Shown: positions 25,101 to 38,500, numbered from the whole stretch's first letter. The stretch: 63,299 nt of DNA, filler included, from Reticulomyxa filosa (GCA_000512085.1; 14 parts of 14 records of this genome joined end to end with filler, not necessarily neighbours in it), one strand, 5' to 3'. The notes: a model not told the origin generated them from the letters alone. Numbers and translations are program-made.

Positions 25101-25537
25101 GGCAGTTTGTCAAACACATTGTCCAATGCCAATGTGTTTGGCTTTATTTCAAAGAATGTGTCAATCATTGCATTGCCATTAGACGCTATTGCCAAGTCGC
25201 TTGCGGAAAACACGCCGTCATTTTGTTTTGTTTTCGACCTTGGCTCAAATGGCTTTATATCCAATTGTATTCCTTTGTATTCGTTTTTTTTATCATTCGT
25301 CAATTGGGCTTTCAACTTTTCCAAATCTTGTGTGGTTTTCAAAAATACGTGACACAACACTGATTCTTTTTCTCCCCACTCTGGGATTCGATTTGTTGCA
25401 CACGATCCAAAACCGAATATGTTTGGTGTGATCTCCAACGTTTCACAACCGAATGACTTGAAACATTCTTTCCAGTCCTCACTCTTCCACGTTGACAGAC
25501 CTCCAGTCACTAAAATATGAGGACCAGGATAGGCCAT
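22125..25537 (-). CDS. Calcium-dependent protein kinase with long N-terminal and extra C-terminal domains (about 10 exons)
   Basis: VCVKEI, MEYLSGGELLDRI, HL|DLKPEN, DFG, APE, DVWSAGVI. Four EF-hands: DENNDGVISFEE, DIDDSR|GITLDE, DKDSSGALSKQE, DQNKDGVVDYEE. Joining the 24950-25537 exon to this gene is inferred. Confidence 0.88.
24436..24486 (-). repeat. (GAA)n coding microsatellite giving a poly-Glu tract upstream of the CDPK kinase domain
   Basis: The TTC run on the plus strand encodes KKEEEEEEEEEEEEEDEE. Confidence 0.9.
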
Positions 25538-25871
25538 CTTTTTTCCACTTATTTAATTTTTTTTGTTTTCTTCCTTTCTTTTTACTTCTTTTCTTGTCGT
25601 CTTCGACGATTAAAATTAAATTTATCCATGTTCAAAAAAGCAACTGTTAAATTTATTTTGTTTTTATGTCAATGAAAATGATTATGCAAAGAGGTAAAAT
25701 TTATCAACTTAAACATGCATACGTTTAAAAATATAAGTACAATGCAATTTTATCTTGGAAAATTGTTTGATAATGAGCAGTAATAGTGTGGCTGTATAAG
25801 GGTCTTTGGACTTTTTTCCTTTTTTCAATCCTTGGTCATCCATCTCAAAAAAACCGATTTAAGAATACATC

Positions 25872-26496
25872 ATGGGCAACCAGGCTAATAAACCAGAGGA
25901 AGAAGCAGAAAAAGATCGAAAAGCCTTAGTAGAGTACTTAGAAGGAAAAACCAACTTGGACAAAATATGGAAAAGATTTGATAAAGATGGAAACGTTGCG
26001 TTGAAAAATAAAAACTCCACTAAATGACCTTTTTTTTCTCTTTCCAAGTTCAAAAAACTTGGTATACGTGGTAATTCTTTTTGTTGTTCTTTTGGATTTG
26101 CATATTACCAAAAAGATTGCAACGTTTTTAGAAAAAAGCTACTTTTGTGAAAAAAATAGACTAGTAACAGTAAAATACGACACAGTGTTGTGTTTGATTA
26201 TAATAATGATATAGGGGTATATTGATGAAAAAGAACTTGAAGATCTAATATACGTGGCACTTTGTTTCTTTTGCACGGAAAGAGATCATGATATGCCAGC
26301 ACCCCCGCGTGAACAATGTGAGCCCTTTGTTAAAAAAATATTGCAAGACCTGAAACCAAATTTGGATGAAAATGAAGATGGTGTCATCAGCCGAGAAGAG
26401 TTTGAATTGTTTGGACAATATCTTAATCACGAATACAACAAATTAAAGACTGAAATAAAAAACGAAAACAAACAAAAAGCTAAAACGCAAAAATAA
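25872..26496 (+). CDS. Small N-myristoylated EF-hand protein (2 exons)
   Basis: MGNQANK start. EF1 FDKDGN|GYIDEKELE spans a GT-AG intron (about 25995-26214), and EF2 is LDENEDGVISREEF. Confidence 0.85.
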
Positions 26497-28440
26497 AATG
26501 TCAACTTATTGTGCTCTGTTGTCATTTTTCATTCACACGTGACAAATGGCTAAACAAAAACCTAATTGACGAATCATATCTCTTCTTTTTGTGGACTTAT
26601 TTTTTTTGTAATGTCATGTGTCCACAATTTTGATTGGTGCAAGTAAAGTGTGGCATGTCAAATTAATTTTTTTTCTTCTCTTCTTTTCCCGATAGATCAG
26701 ATAAATAAGGAACTTTGGTGGGTAATTCATTTTTTTCTGTAATTTTTGGTGACAAAAATAAAATGAAAAAGTTTTTCTGACACTCAATATTTAGGATTTT
26801 TAAATTTTTTGTAAAGATTCATGTGTTGTAAAACTTTTTGTGACGGGTCTAAAAAGGTTTTAGCTTGTGGAATGTGTGAATACAAACGCAGCTTATTTAT
26901 TAGTAGTATGTCAGGATTGCGTAAAAAAATATAAAACAAGGGCATTTGCCACAGAATTGAACATTTTGAAACAAAATATTTAAAAGAATCACTAATGCAA
27001 TCAAAAAACTAACCAGACAATCCAAGTCAAAAAATAAAAGGGCCAGCCCCTTTTAACTTTTTGTGTTTTTTGTTCGTTTTCTTGTTTTTATCTTTAAATT
27101 TGGGTAATCTTTACAAGGACATGTTATCTAATCAAAAAACATGATCACCCTCATTCTTTTGCTAAACGAGTGTTGAATGCTTTTCAATTTGTGAAAAGTT
27201 AAGTTACAGCACTTTTTGTTTTGTGGCAAAATAAATCGCCTAGACTTAAGCACGATTTTATGTGTTTTTCGTCACTGCTTTTTGCCAAGAGAAACTGGAC
27301 GCTGTTGAGTAGGAATCTGTTTTAAATTATAACAGAAGCCAAATTGTGCGTCCAAATATTTTACAACAAAAATGAAATGACTTTTATGTTAATTTTTTAA
27401 AAAAATAGTTGTGGTAAACGCAAGTTATAACATTCCGATATTGCGTTGGAAAAAAATTTCGTAAAGAGAAAGTTTGAGGTTTTGGGTAAAGTTTTGAATT
27501 GTAAAATTGGTGGAATTTTGTTTTAAAGCTTTTTTGGTTTGAAATAATATTTTTCGATGAAATCAGAATTTTGACTAAAATTGAATCTTTCACCATTCAA
27601 AAGATTATTGAAAATTTTAGAATAAAAAGCAGTCATGCCGATTGAAAATAATAAATCACCAAGTAAGATAAATTGAAAGCGGCGCTTGGCTGTGGAAAAA
27701 TAAATTGAAATAAATAAAAGAAACATGATATTGTGTATTTCCATTAATGAGAAAGCAAATATGAAAAATTTCTCTTTTATTTTGAATTAAACCCAAAAGA
27801 ATTACGATTGCATTTTTCGGCATACGTATATTACGGTTCGCACGTGCTATTTTGAGACGCCAGTGAAAAATATTCGAGCAACCAGTTTATTCACTGTACT
27901 ATCATTCTTCGCAAGATTTTTCTATTTTCTTTTACACATACTCACATTCTTGCAAGCTTTGTATTCAAAAAAGATTTCTTCAACGTTTTGTCAAGATATT
28001 CGAAAGAAAAATGTTTATAATGTCTTTTCAATTTTATAAGAAACAGCGAAAAAGATTAATAGTCAAAAAATAATGCATGTCTTGATATTTCATATTTTAA
28101 TGATCTTGAATGCAATCAATAATACTCAGATTATTATTGGTATTGATATTTGTATATCACAATTCAAATCAAGTAAACAAAAGAAAAAAAACATATAATA
28201 GATCGTGACTAAAACACTTTGATAATTAGTATCAGCAAAATATTTTAAATATTATTTGTAAAGTTTGCTTTTTTTTTATGATCTATGTCCAAGACAGTAC
28301 AATAATCGAATAAATTGCAAATCTTTGCTCGTTAGCGTTGATCATCCAAACTTACAACAAAATCAAATGCCGTTGAGAACTCGGATATGGGATGCCAACG
28401 AACGAAAAAAGCACCGTTCGAAGTGGAAACAACATTATCA

Positions 28441-30960
28441 TTATTCAAAAGTAAAACGAATTTTCACCATCCAAGAACAACACATATTATACAACCATTC
28501 CGACATTGATAAAAGGAAAGATTTTAATGATAAAATCATTAAAACCATTTCGGAGGTAAGTATATTGTAAGTTTTTAAAGCACCACTTAAAAAGGTCTTC
28601 TCAAAATTGAAGATCTTGGTATTGATGGTGCAGATCCGGATGTGCCAGTCTTTGCATTTAACCCTGTGCCCGCCCCACAAAAATAAGTTCAGTTTTTTTT
28701 TGGATGCAAACAAAAGATTACATGTGGGGAGACAGTATGCTATCAACAAAATTTTTGTGCAATAAAAGAAAGAGAAAAAAACAAATCCATATCCCTCTCT
28801 CTCTTTTTCCTCCTCTTGTCTCAAATCTCTTGTCATACATTTATGAATGATGTAGAGTGCAGTTAGTGCAACAACAACCCCACCAATTACACGTACACTG
28901 TGGTCACTAATGAGAGGTTGCCGAGACGTTTGCATATTTCCTTCCAAAGCATCAACACTGCCAGCATGTGATTCCGCTAATGTAACACTCAAATTATTTG
29001 GCATGCGATAGGCACTTCCTGTATCTGTCATAGGTATCCCCAAAGCATAGCTGCCACTACTCACGCTATGATTTTGACCTGTGACCTCCGAGATCATTGA
29101 CACATCATAATAGCCATTGGATCTGGCGTTATTATGATTGTAATCGCCTTTGTTAATCGTTTTATTTGAGTATCCAGAGTCATGGAGTAGTAAGTACATC
29201 GACAAAGATTGTGAAAGGAGGAACACTGTCCATCAAAAAAACAACAAAAAAAACCTGAAAGATTGGGGTACATGGCAGAGGGAGTCATAGTGGCTCCGTT
29301 GAAATGAGAATGTCGCAGTTCTTGCTGTTGCATTTGAGAAAGCTGAGGATAGGAATTGGCCATTTGCAATTCTTGTGCCAGTATCGCTTTGGAGGTTGGA
29401 GACAAGGTATGGCTCAAGATTGGACCTTGATTGCCATGATAATCGAAATCCCCTGCATTAAAAAAAAAAAGGGGGGGGGACGAGGGGTGAAAGAATAATA
29501 AAATTTTTTTAAAAAAATGAAGGATCAAACCTGGCGCGGCGAAATGCTCGACAATGGTGTTCGCATGAGATAAAGTGGACTCTCGTCGTGTGGAGTAAGG
29601 AAATGATTGGGTGGCAATGATCGACTGCCTTTCATTGGTATGAATGAAACGAGGAGGCGGCGTCTGCGTGCTATGAATGCCTTTCTTTTCACTGCCATGG
29701 AAATGGACGTGTTTTAAACTACGTGGATGCGATGAGTCACGATCATAATCATCGTCATCATCACTCAAATTGTGATAGTCTCTTTCCCTTTCCTTTTCTC
29801 TTTCTCTTTCCTTTTCCTTCTCTTTCTCTTCTTGCGCTCGTTTGAATTGCTCAATCTCTTGTTGCAATTTCTCGGCCATTGCTTGAGATTCGCTCAGCTT
29901 CTCTTCTTTGCTTTTCATGTCTTTTGACAGTTTCTTCATGTTGCCTTCATACACTTGCAAGTCATCTGTTGCATCGTCTATGTGGTCTTGCACGCTTGTC
30001 AACGTCTCTTGCAATTCCTTTACGTATATGTACATATATTATATATATGTATATGTATATGTACATGTATATGAAATCTTACAATTAAAATTAAGATGAA
30101 ACAGAATCAAAACAAGTAAAGATATTGGAGAATAAATAAGATACCATGATCATCTTCAACTGTGCTCGACTCATTTGATGTTTTTCTGTTTCCAGCATTG
30201 TCGTCAAAATGTTGATTTTACTTTGCATTTGCTGTTCAACAAATACACACACACACAAATTCAAGCTGTCTTTGATCAAAGTTTGCTTTTGTCGCATTTC
30301 ATGTTTTGGATCTTCCATTTAAATATCCTTAACTTCTAAGTTCCTTTGCACATCACGAGCGTCTTTGTCTTTTGACTTGGGCTGAGAAAACTGACAGACG
30401 AAGCAATTTTTTTGTTTTGGATATTTGCATTATTTTTTTTATTTTTTTTTCAGGAGGAAAGGAGACGCGGAAAAACACTTTTTTCTTTTTTTTTTTTTAA
30501 AAAAAGAATGGCACATTACATTTTTTTTGTTTTCCTTCAACTTTTTTAGAAGTAGATCGTATCGGTCGAGATGTTGTTGTGTCGTTGTTTTCTGCAGTCG
30601 CTTGTTCTGGATCTGTAGGACAATCTTCAGTCTCGGGACGGCTAAGATAGCCACTCATTGAGTGCGCCTCAAAGCCGTGAAGTTTACCTTGAAATTGGAT
30701 ACTTTCATGGTTTAGTCTTCTTAGCTCTTGTTTCATTGAATTTTCCATTTCTTTCACTTCTGATGCTTCCCATTCTTGTGCTTCGTTAGGATGAAACAAA
30801 TTTCGACTGCCTGCTGCTTCGTCATTTTCATTCCCATGTGCTGAAGTAACAATTATTCGTTCTAAATGAGTTTCATTTCCTTCTATACTACCTTCTTCTC
30901 GGTCCATCACTGAATAAGTAGCTGTACTGACAACTGTTTCCCCTTCTTTAACTCACTGCA
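28441..30960 (-). CDS. Hypothetical coiled-coil protein with C-terminal hydrophobic segments (multi-exon)
   Basis: Spliced coding-like exons with heptad runs (KELQETLTSVQDHIDD...EKLQQEIEQ) and a TM-like stretch VIGGVVVALTALYII. Confidence 0.55.
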
Positions 30961-31374
30961 ACATTCTCTTTGTGCGATATATAGGAAAAATGAAATCTCA
31001 TTATCAAGAAAAAAACGTTAATTTTAATACTTCGCATACTTTAAGCGAATCGGCTCCATACTTCTTTCCCAGTAGAAGCATTGGATACATTCAAACAAAT
31101 ATTATTTCAACAAAACAAAACATGGTCGCAGACGTTCTAACTTACTGCACTCTTTTTTCACATAGATTGCCTTCGTTGTGGGCAAAAGAGTTGAAAAAAA
31201 ACAAAGAACAAGGCAAGAAATGTGTCGGGTAAAAATGGAGCGGTTGAAGTGAAAATAAATATTTGAATCACAGCTCATTGGATGGTACACATGAAACAAA
31301 AGAATTGACAAACCAGAATTATTTAAGCAAAGGACACAAAAAAAAAGTTAAAAGTTTAACAAGAGGAAAAAAAC

Positions 31375-32733
31375 TCAGCTAATCATGGCCTCCAATGCTG
31401 CCAATTCATCTTCTTCAGTTTGTTTAGCAGCAACTTTGTGAGTGGGTACTTCGACATCAGGCACATCAACATTTTCCTCTTCTTCGTCAGTGCCTTTGCT
31501 CTTGGCAGTAGTTGCAGGCATTGCTGTCAGCAATTCGTCTGCTTCCATTTCCTCTAATTCGGCCAACTCAGCCTCTAACTCATCCTATGATTGAGTGCAT
31601 CCACACAAAAGCCCCGTCACTTTTTACCAAGTCATTTTTTCTTATATAATTTAAGGCTCCCATAGTTACCACATGTATCTCAACACAGTACGTATACATT
31701 TATCTTCCCCCTCCCGACATGTTGTAAACATGACCAAAAAAAAAGTCATTCATCCAACCGATGGAAAGGAGAAGGGAGAGAAAGGGGAGCAAAAAAAAAA
31801 AACCAACTTCAAAAATTCAAACTAAATAAAACGCTCCAAGTTTTGGTGTAGGCCCCCTCCTGCCTTCTCTCTTCTTTTAATTAAACAAAACAAAAGCAAA
31901 CAAAAAAAAAAAAAAAAGCAAAAGTTTAACTTCGTCCATGACAGGACCTAAAGGTTGGGCCATGGCCTCGTTCATTTCTTGGACATGATCCATTGCATCG
32001 GTGATCTCTTCCATCAGTTCATCTGCCTTCTCCACATCACTTTCACGCATTGCAGATCGCATTGCCTGCGCACTGGTTTGCATTGCCTGGACAAACGTAC
32101 AAACAAACAATATTCAACCAGATCCTCCCTCTCTCTCGCTTTGTCCCTTAAAAAAAAAAGGCTACAGTGCAAAACATTAAGCATCAAACAAACCGGCAAC
32201 ATATAAATATATATTATGTAATGGCTCATTCTTAACAGATAATGTCTCTCTGTTCAAATAAGCGTCTTCCAATGTCATAATCTGAGTTTCCAAATTTAAT
32301 TTTTTCCCTTGGATCGATTGTAATTGGCCTTCCAATTGTTTCTTTTTCTTCAGTTCAAACATCGCTCCTGCAACATTTTTTTTTTTCTTATAGACATATG
32401 TGTTCAAAAGGGGATTTACGTGGCCCCAAAAAAAACTCATGTCAAAGCGTTATTGCGCTCAAATATCGGGCCAATCTCAAACCCTTTTTTTTGAAAGGAG
32501 ACAGGGGAAACAAAGAAATAAAGACAAAATGAACAGTCGTCACCTTTTTTGTCTCTATTTTTGGACTTTTTCTTCGCATTTTCAACACAGTCTTTGATCT
32601 TTTTTTCCAAGTGCTCCTCTCTTTTTTCCAATGTCTGAATTGCTTGTCTTAGTTTTTGGATTGAAGAATTCAAATCAGTTGGAGGAGGCTTTTGTGAACT
32701 AGCATTGGAACTTCCAAACAATCGGCCGAACAT
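31375..32733 (-). CDS. SNF7: ESCRT-III subunit Snf7/Vps32/CHMP4 (4 exons)
   Basis: MFGRLFG, SIQKLRQAIQTLEKREEHLEKKI, LKKKKQLEGQL, DVEKADELMEEI, DELEAELAELE and the C-terminal EEDELAALEA. Confidence 0.95.
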
Positions 32734-33079
32734 TTGTCACTTTTTGAAGCCAAAATTATATGACAAAAATATGCAATAAAAAATTATCTACTTAAAAAAA
32801 ACTCTCCCTGTCTACAAGCTTAGCGTTTAGTTTCTTGTCTCTTGGCAAAAGGCTATTACATGAATGACAGCGTGTAGAATGATTGCAAATGTTTGTCGAA
32901 AAACTAGAATCCTTGGTGTGTGCAAGTACTAAATTTTTTTTTGCAGAGTCAAATTGTAAGTTAAGAAAATTTGATGAAAAATAAATTTAAAATCCAAAAT
33001 GTTATTCGTGTACGTTTTATTCTGTTTAGTTTTTTGGTAAAAAAAAGTTGTAAACCTTGTAAAACTCTACTCATCTGAA

Positions 33080-34373
33080 ATGACAAGCAGACTTTCTGAA
33101 ATTCGTCTTGTGTTGCTTGGCTTTGGGAATGTGAATCAAGAGCTTTGCCGAATTATATCAACTAAAAGTGAGCAGTTGCGTTTGTGCTACGGAGTGAACT
33201 TGGTAAGTATTTTTGTTTTCTGGAAGGCATTGATGGGGAGAGTATGTGGACGAACAAAAAAAAGCAAAATAAAATTGAGGGAATAAAAAAAAAAAAAAGA
33301 ATGTAGTTGGTGTATCGGACAGCAGACACGCACTGTTCAATCGAAAGGGTTTTAACCTTTCGAGCTTGGTGTCAACAAAGCAAAAGGAGAAAACATTGGA
33401 AAGCGTGGCATCGCAGCAGTCAGTAAGCAAGTATACAGACACATTAGAAATGATGTCAAAGAATTGGTCTAACTTTGAATTATTGGTCGACTCATCACCA
33501 ATGAATTTACAAACGGGCGAGCCAGGTTTAAGTTGTGTGCGTCAAGCACTGAAGCGTGGCAAGCAAGTGGTGCTTGCCAATAAGTCGCCATTAGTCGTGG
33601 CGTTTGACGAATTGACAACAACACAAGACGCAACAAAAAGTTGTTGGATAAAATACAGTGCAACCACTTGTGGTGGCTTGCCAGTGATCAATGTGATCAC
33701 AAGAGATTTGATGACAAATAAAAACAAACCCATGTGTCACTTAAAAAAAATTGAGGGGATTTTTAATTCGACAACAAACTTCATTTTGACGCAAATGTTC
33801 AATCACGCAAAACAATCGCATAAAAATACTCTTGCAGAGAACAATGGTCCAATACACAAACAACAACATGGGAGTACTTTTGATAGAACGCTGCAAGAGG
33901 CCATTCGGCGAGGCATCGCAGAGGCCGATCCAAGCAATGATATCAAAGGGTTTGATACTTGTGCCAAGTTGTATATCATTCTAAAGTCTTTTGGGGTTCG
34001 TGACATTGCTTTTGAAAAAATGAAAGATCAATATACTCGTGGCATTGACCTTGTCGATGACTCGCTAATCCAAAGTGCACTCCGCCAAGGCAAGGTAATT
34101 CGGTTGATTGCTAAGGCTTTTCCACAGCCCCAATCCACACAAACTCATCCGCCGTGGAACATTAGTGTCAGTCCTGAGCTTGTAGACGAACACTCCTTTT
34201 TAGGGCGATGTGAAGAAACTGATATGTGCATTCAAATTGAAACTGATCTTTTTGACACTATCTCCATGAAGACCAATGAATGGGGTGTCACTCCCACTGC
34301 TGCTGCTGTTCTCAGGGACATACTCTCATTTGTCACTGACCATACTATGCAACAACAAAAAGCCAAGTTGTAA
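33080..34373 (+). CDS. Monofunctional homoserine dehydrogenase (1 intron, about 33202-33299)
   Basis: LLGFGNV Rossmann motif, VVLANKSP, YSATTCGGLPVI, GIFNSTTNFIL, GIAEADPSNDIKGFDTCAK, TAAAVLRDI. Confidence 0.92.
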
Positions 34374-34847
34374 CTTGTTTTGTTTTCAAAATTTAAAAAT
34401 TTCATCAATTTTGTTTAAATGTATATTATTAAAAATTAAGAAATAAAGTATCCATTTGTAGGACAAGATCCTTACAGAAACATTTGAAGTAAATTTACTT
34501 ATTTTTTCATACATTTTTTTATTTTAATCCCTCTTTATGTTTAACTAAAATTAGCTTACTGAGCAAATTAATACTTGTGTTATGCGTTATTACATAAGTT
34601 TTCAAGGCAGCAAATAAATGAAGTAGCAATGTCAATGGTATCATGCTTATTTTCTTTATGATTAAAGTTAGATATTATCTATTTGAATCATTAATTAATA
34701 TTATTTTTCCGTTTGACACTTTAAATGAACAATAACAAAAAGCGATCCCAGAGAGGCTAGCCAATTAACTCAAAGTTTCAAGTGGATCGTGACGCCCCTT
34801 ATAATAATAATTTTACGGAAAATTAGTGGCCAAAAAGTTAAAAAAGG

Positions 34848-35657
34848 ATGAAAAGAATAAGCCAAAGATTTATTGGTGAATCTTTAAAAAAGCAACAAAA
34901 AAAAGGAAATAAAATTACTGATAACAGGTCCTCCTGGAGTTGGAAAAAGTTCAATATCAAAATATTTAAGTGAGAGATGGAAAATCGACCACATAAATGG
35001 AGGTGATATAATAAGAAAAGAGATAGCAAATGGAACAGCCTTAGGAAAACAGATGAAAGAGCAATTAGATAATCAAAAATTGGTTAAAGGTGAGGATATT
35101 GGTCAATTAATTATGAAAAAAATAAAAGCATGTGAAGATAGTCGTACTATGAATGATATTGAAGTAGATAATAATTTTGGATGGATTATTGATGGCTTTC
35201 CTCGTAATTTGGATCAATTTGAATATTTTAAAAAACATTATCCTTTGGATCAAGGAAACAGTTCTAATGTTTATTTATTGTGTTTACAATGTGATAATGA
35301 TAAGCGTTTAATTGATAAATTATGCAATCGAATGGTATGTTGTAATTATGATTGTGGGAGATGTTATAATTCGCGACATACAGCATCACTTTCTTCTTTT
35401 GTTCCCACTTGCCCGCATTGTGGCTCTAACCTTATTCAAAGATTTGATGATGCACTTCATTCTTCTATTACCTCACGTATCTCCATTTTTAGATCAGATA
35501 CTCGTGATTTTATTAACAAATTTAAATCTGATTATCCAAATTTTATTTTTTTTTGGATACCCCTAATGGTATTTCTGATGCTCCTTCTCTTCTTAAATTT
35601 TTTTCTGGTCCTCCTTTTAATCTTTCTTCTTGTCCTCCTTTTAATCTTTCTTCTTAA
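34848..35657 (+). CDS. Adenylate kinase with Zn-type LID (apparent homopolymer frameshifts near both ends)
   Basis: LITGPPGVGKS P-loop in frame from 34909, HINGGDIIR, GWIIDGFPRN, LID RMVCCNYDCGRCY...CPHCG..LIQRFDD. The ATG at 34848 is out of frame across an A-run. Confidence 0.85.
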
Positions 35658-36515
35658 GCTTTTCTGTATTCTTTTTCATTTTTTGTCATTTCGTCACAAT
35701 TTGTGTCTCCTCTGCTGGGAAAATGCCCCATTGACTAGAATACAATAGCATTTTTTTAACGCATTCTAAGGAAAAATTGCAAGCAGATGTTTACTGTGGA
35801 AAAATATCAATAATTTATGCTTACAAATTGCATTATTAGTGTTGTTTTTGTTAATTCTTGCTTTGTCTTAATTGTTTTCTGTTAAAAACAAAATCAAAAC
35901 AAACAATTTTAATTCACGATAAAAATGCTCTCTTTGTAAGGTAATCTTTATGATATGCTGAGAAATTTTCAATTTGGGCCGTGTTTCTCTTGATTCAAAT
36001 GATTTAATTATCAATCGAACACAGAAATAATAAAATGTTAGCTCAAATTTTAAAAAATTTCCAAGCACAGTGAAAAGAATGTCTTGTTTACGTTGTCAGC
36101 ACATTCATGTCTTTCAGAGCGCAGAACATCAACAGCACTTAACAGTGTTCACATTGAATAATTTTATTGAAGGCACTTCTGGCAAAATCAAATGGATAGC
36201 GATAACTTTTTGAGCTATGATATTTCTTCAGAGACAGTCATTCCAAAAGATTTCAAGTTTTTGTCTTTTACCAAATTATCGTCGCATTGTATAAAAAGAA
36301 AGTTGGAATGACAAATACAAATGAATTAATATCAAAATCCAGCAAATTTGTCATCTTTTTGTATACTTGTTTTGATATGCATATGCAAAAAGAAAACAAC
36401 TTGTCAATTCTGTCANNNNNNNNNNNNNNNNNNNNNNNNNNNNNNNNNNNNNNNNNNNNTTAATTAATTAANNNNNNNNNNNNNNNNNNNNNNNNNNNNN
36501 NNNNNNNNNNNNNNN

Positions 36516-37420
36516 TTGACGAAACGTTGGACTACCAAGACTTTATGGATTTTTTGGATCAGATTAAAGTGATTTCAGAAGTGTCATTAGAATCGACCAA
36601 ACAATATTTTGACTATTTGTCACAGTTATAAAAAAATGAAAAGCAGCAATGCAATATATTACGTGTACATATATATATATATATATGTATATTATAAATA
36701 TATAATATAAAGAAATAAATCGGAACTGGCAACCGAAACATTGTTGGAACATTTGAAAAAGATGTACGAAGCCTTTTCGGAAACAGAGAAGACGAGCAAG
36801 AGCAAAAGCAGCAAAGGCAGCAATGGACGATTGGTGAAATATGCAATTGAGCAGGTGGCAGCCGAGAAGTCGAAAGTGATGACCGCATCAAATGGAAGTA
36901 ATGCGCATGTGGACCCGAACACACTGTTCGGGATAAAGGGCAACGAGACGAGGATCGACGAGACGCAATTGTATCGCAAGTCGCATGAGAAGCCTCTGGG
37001 GGCAAGAGTGTTCAATGAAATTCGAGATGAGTTTACGGACTTGGATGTGTCCAACTCTGGCCGCTTGGACTTTGAAGAGTTTTTCGAAGGGGTGAAGACC
37101 CTTGCCAACAATTGCACCCAACAAGATTGCAAGCGTGCATTCGATGTCTTTATGCAAATGCAACAAGTGGATCTTCAACAACAACACTCAAACAAGGACG
37201 GCTCGTCCAAAGCCAAAAGCGATTCTGGGTCCGAATCGGACTCGGGCTCTGGTCCAGATGTCGCTGGACATGCGCAAGACCCTGCCAACGACACCGAGCT
37301 ACTCATCCGACCTTTTTTACAGCGCATTAAAAAATATGCCATTGATCTAAATACCACCGAAGATGTCATTGAATATGTCTTTCAAAAAATTCTACGAATT
37401 TCCGAACAACCGCAAACTGT
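36516..37420 (+). CDS. EF-hand protein, internal fragment
   Basis: DETLDYQDFMDF and FTDLDVSNSGRLDFEEFF. It has introns and is truncated by linkers. Confidence 0.7.
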
Positions 37421-37632
37421 TAAAATGATCCTACTTTTTTTTTCAAATGTGTATATATGCATGTTACTATATAAATTATATATGTATTATTTTTTTTTTT
37501 TTCCAAAAAAAAAAAAAAAAAAAAAAAAAAAANNNNNNNNNNNNNNNNNNNNNNNNNNNNNNNNNNNNNNNNNNNNTTAATTAATTAANNNNNNNNNNNN
37601 NNNNNNNNNNNNNNNNNNNNNNNNNNNNNNNN

Positions 37633-38500
37633 TGTACTCGCCCAGCCACACGTTCTGAATACCCTTGGCGTTGGTGATGATGTCGCGGTGGGTATTGTCG
37701 GAGAAGCAGCTGTGTTCGTCTTCCTGGTTGCGGCTGTCCAGCGCCACTTCCATGCGTTCGCCGGCCAGTTCTGCACGCGACAGTACGCCGATGCCGACCA
37801 TGATCTGGCGGATGGCGTCCGGGTTCTTGGCAAACTTGGCGCGGTAGTTGTTGGCACCGGCTTGCCATTGTTTGGTGACGGTGCTGAGGTCGTCGATCAG
37901 CAGCTCGGCGGCCACTTGCAGGTACTGGCGGCGACGGTCGGCGTTGGGGGCCTTGCCATCCACAAAGTCGGTGTAGCTGCGTTTGCCCGGGCCGGCGACG
38001 TCGAAGTCCTGGCCCCACAGCAGAAACTCGATGGCGTGCCAGCCGGTGGATACGTTTTCTTCACCGCCGCGCTCGTTCAGCGACGACAGCTTTTCTTTGG
38101 TAATGGCCACCTTGCGGTTGTTGATGATGCCGGCGTTCGGCTTGCCTTTCACGTAGTCGATGTAGGCTTCATCCAGCGGCCAGGCGTTGATCTGGCCTTC
38201 CGGGCCTTTGGCGTCGTCAATCGGGCCGCCGTAGAAGCGGAATGCTTCGGTCTGGCCGTACGGCTCGCGCGCGGTCAGCCAGGCTTTGCGGGCCTTGTTC
38301 AGCGTGTCGTCGGACGGTGCTGCCACGAAGGCGTCAATGGCGGTTTTCAGTTCACGCGCGCCTTGCAGCGAATCCTCGTAGCTGGCAAGAACGATCTGGC
38401 TGTAAGTTTCCACTACGCTGGCGCGGCTGACGTCGGCGGCGAAGGAAGCGGGGGCCAGCAGGGCAGTACCGATGGCGAGGGCGAGCAGGGTGTGGCGCAT
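37633..38500 (-). CDS. Bacterial imelysin/IrpA-like iron-regulated protein (3'-truncated)
   Basis: High GC, signal peptide, INAWPLDEAYIDY, the GWHAIE (GxHxxE) motif and DEHSCFSDNT. Confidence 0.93.

Noticed and set aside
26500-28400. Short ORFs in long AT-rich stretches (also 20700-22100, 47532-48300, 58600-59440)
   Set aside because: They have no recognisable motifs or coding bias. No tRNA, rRNA or transposase could be supported anywhere in the window.
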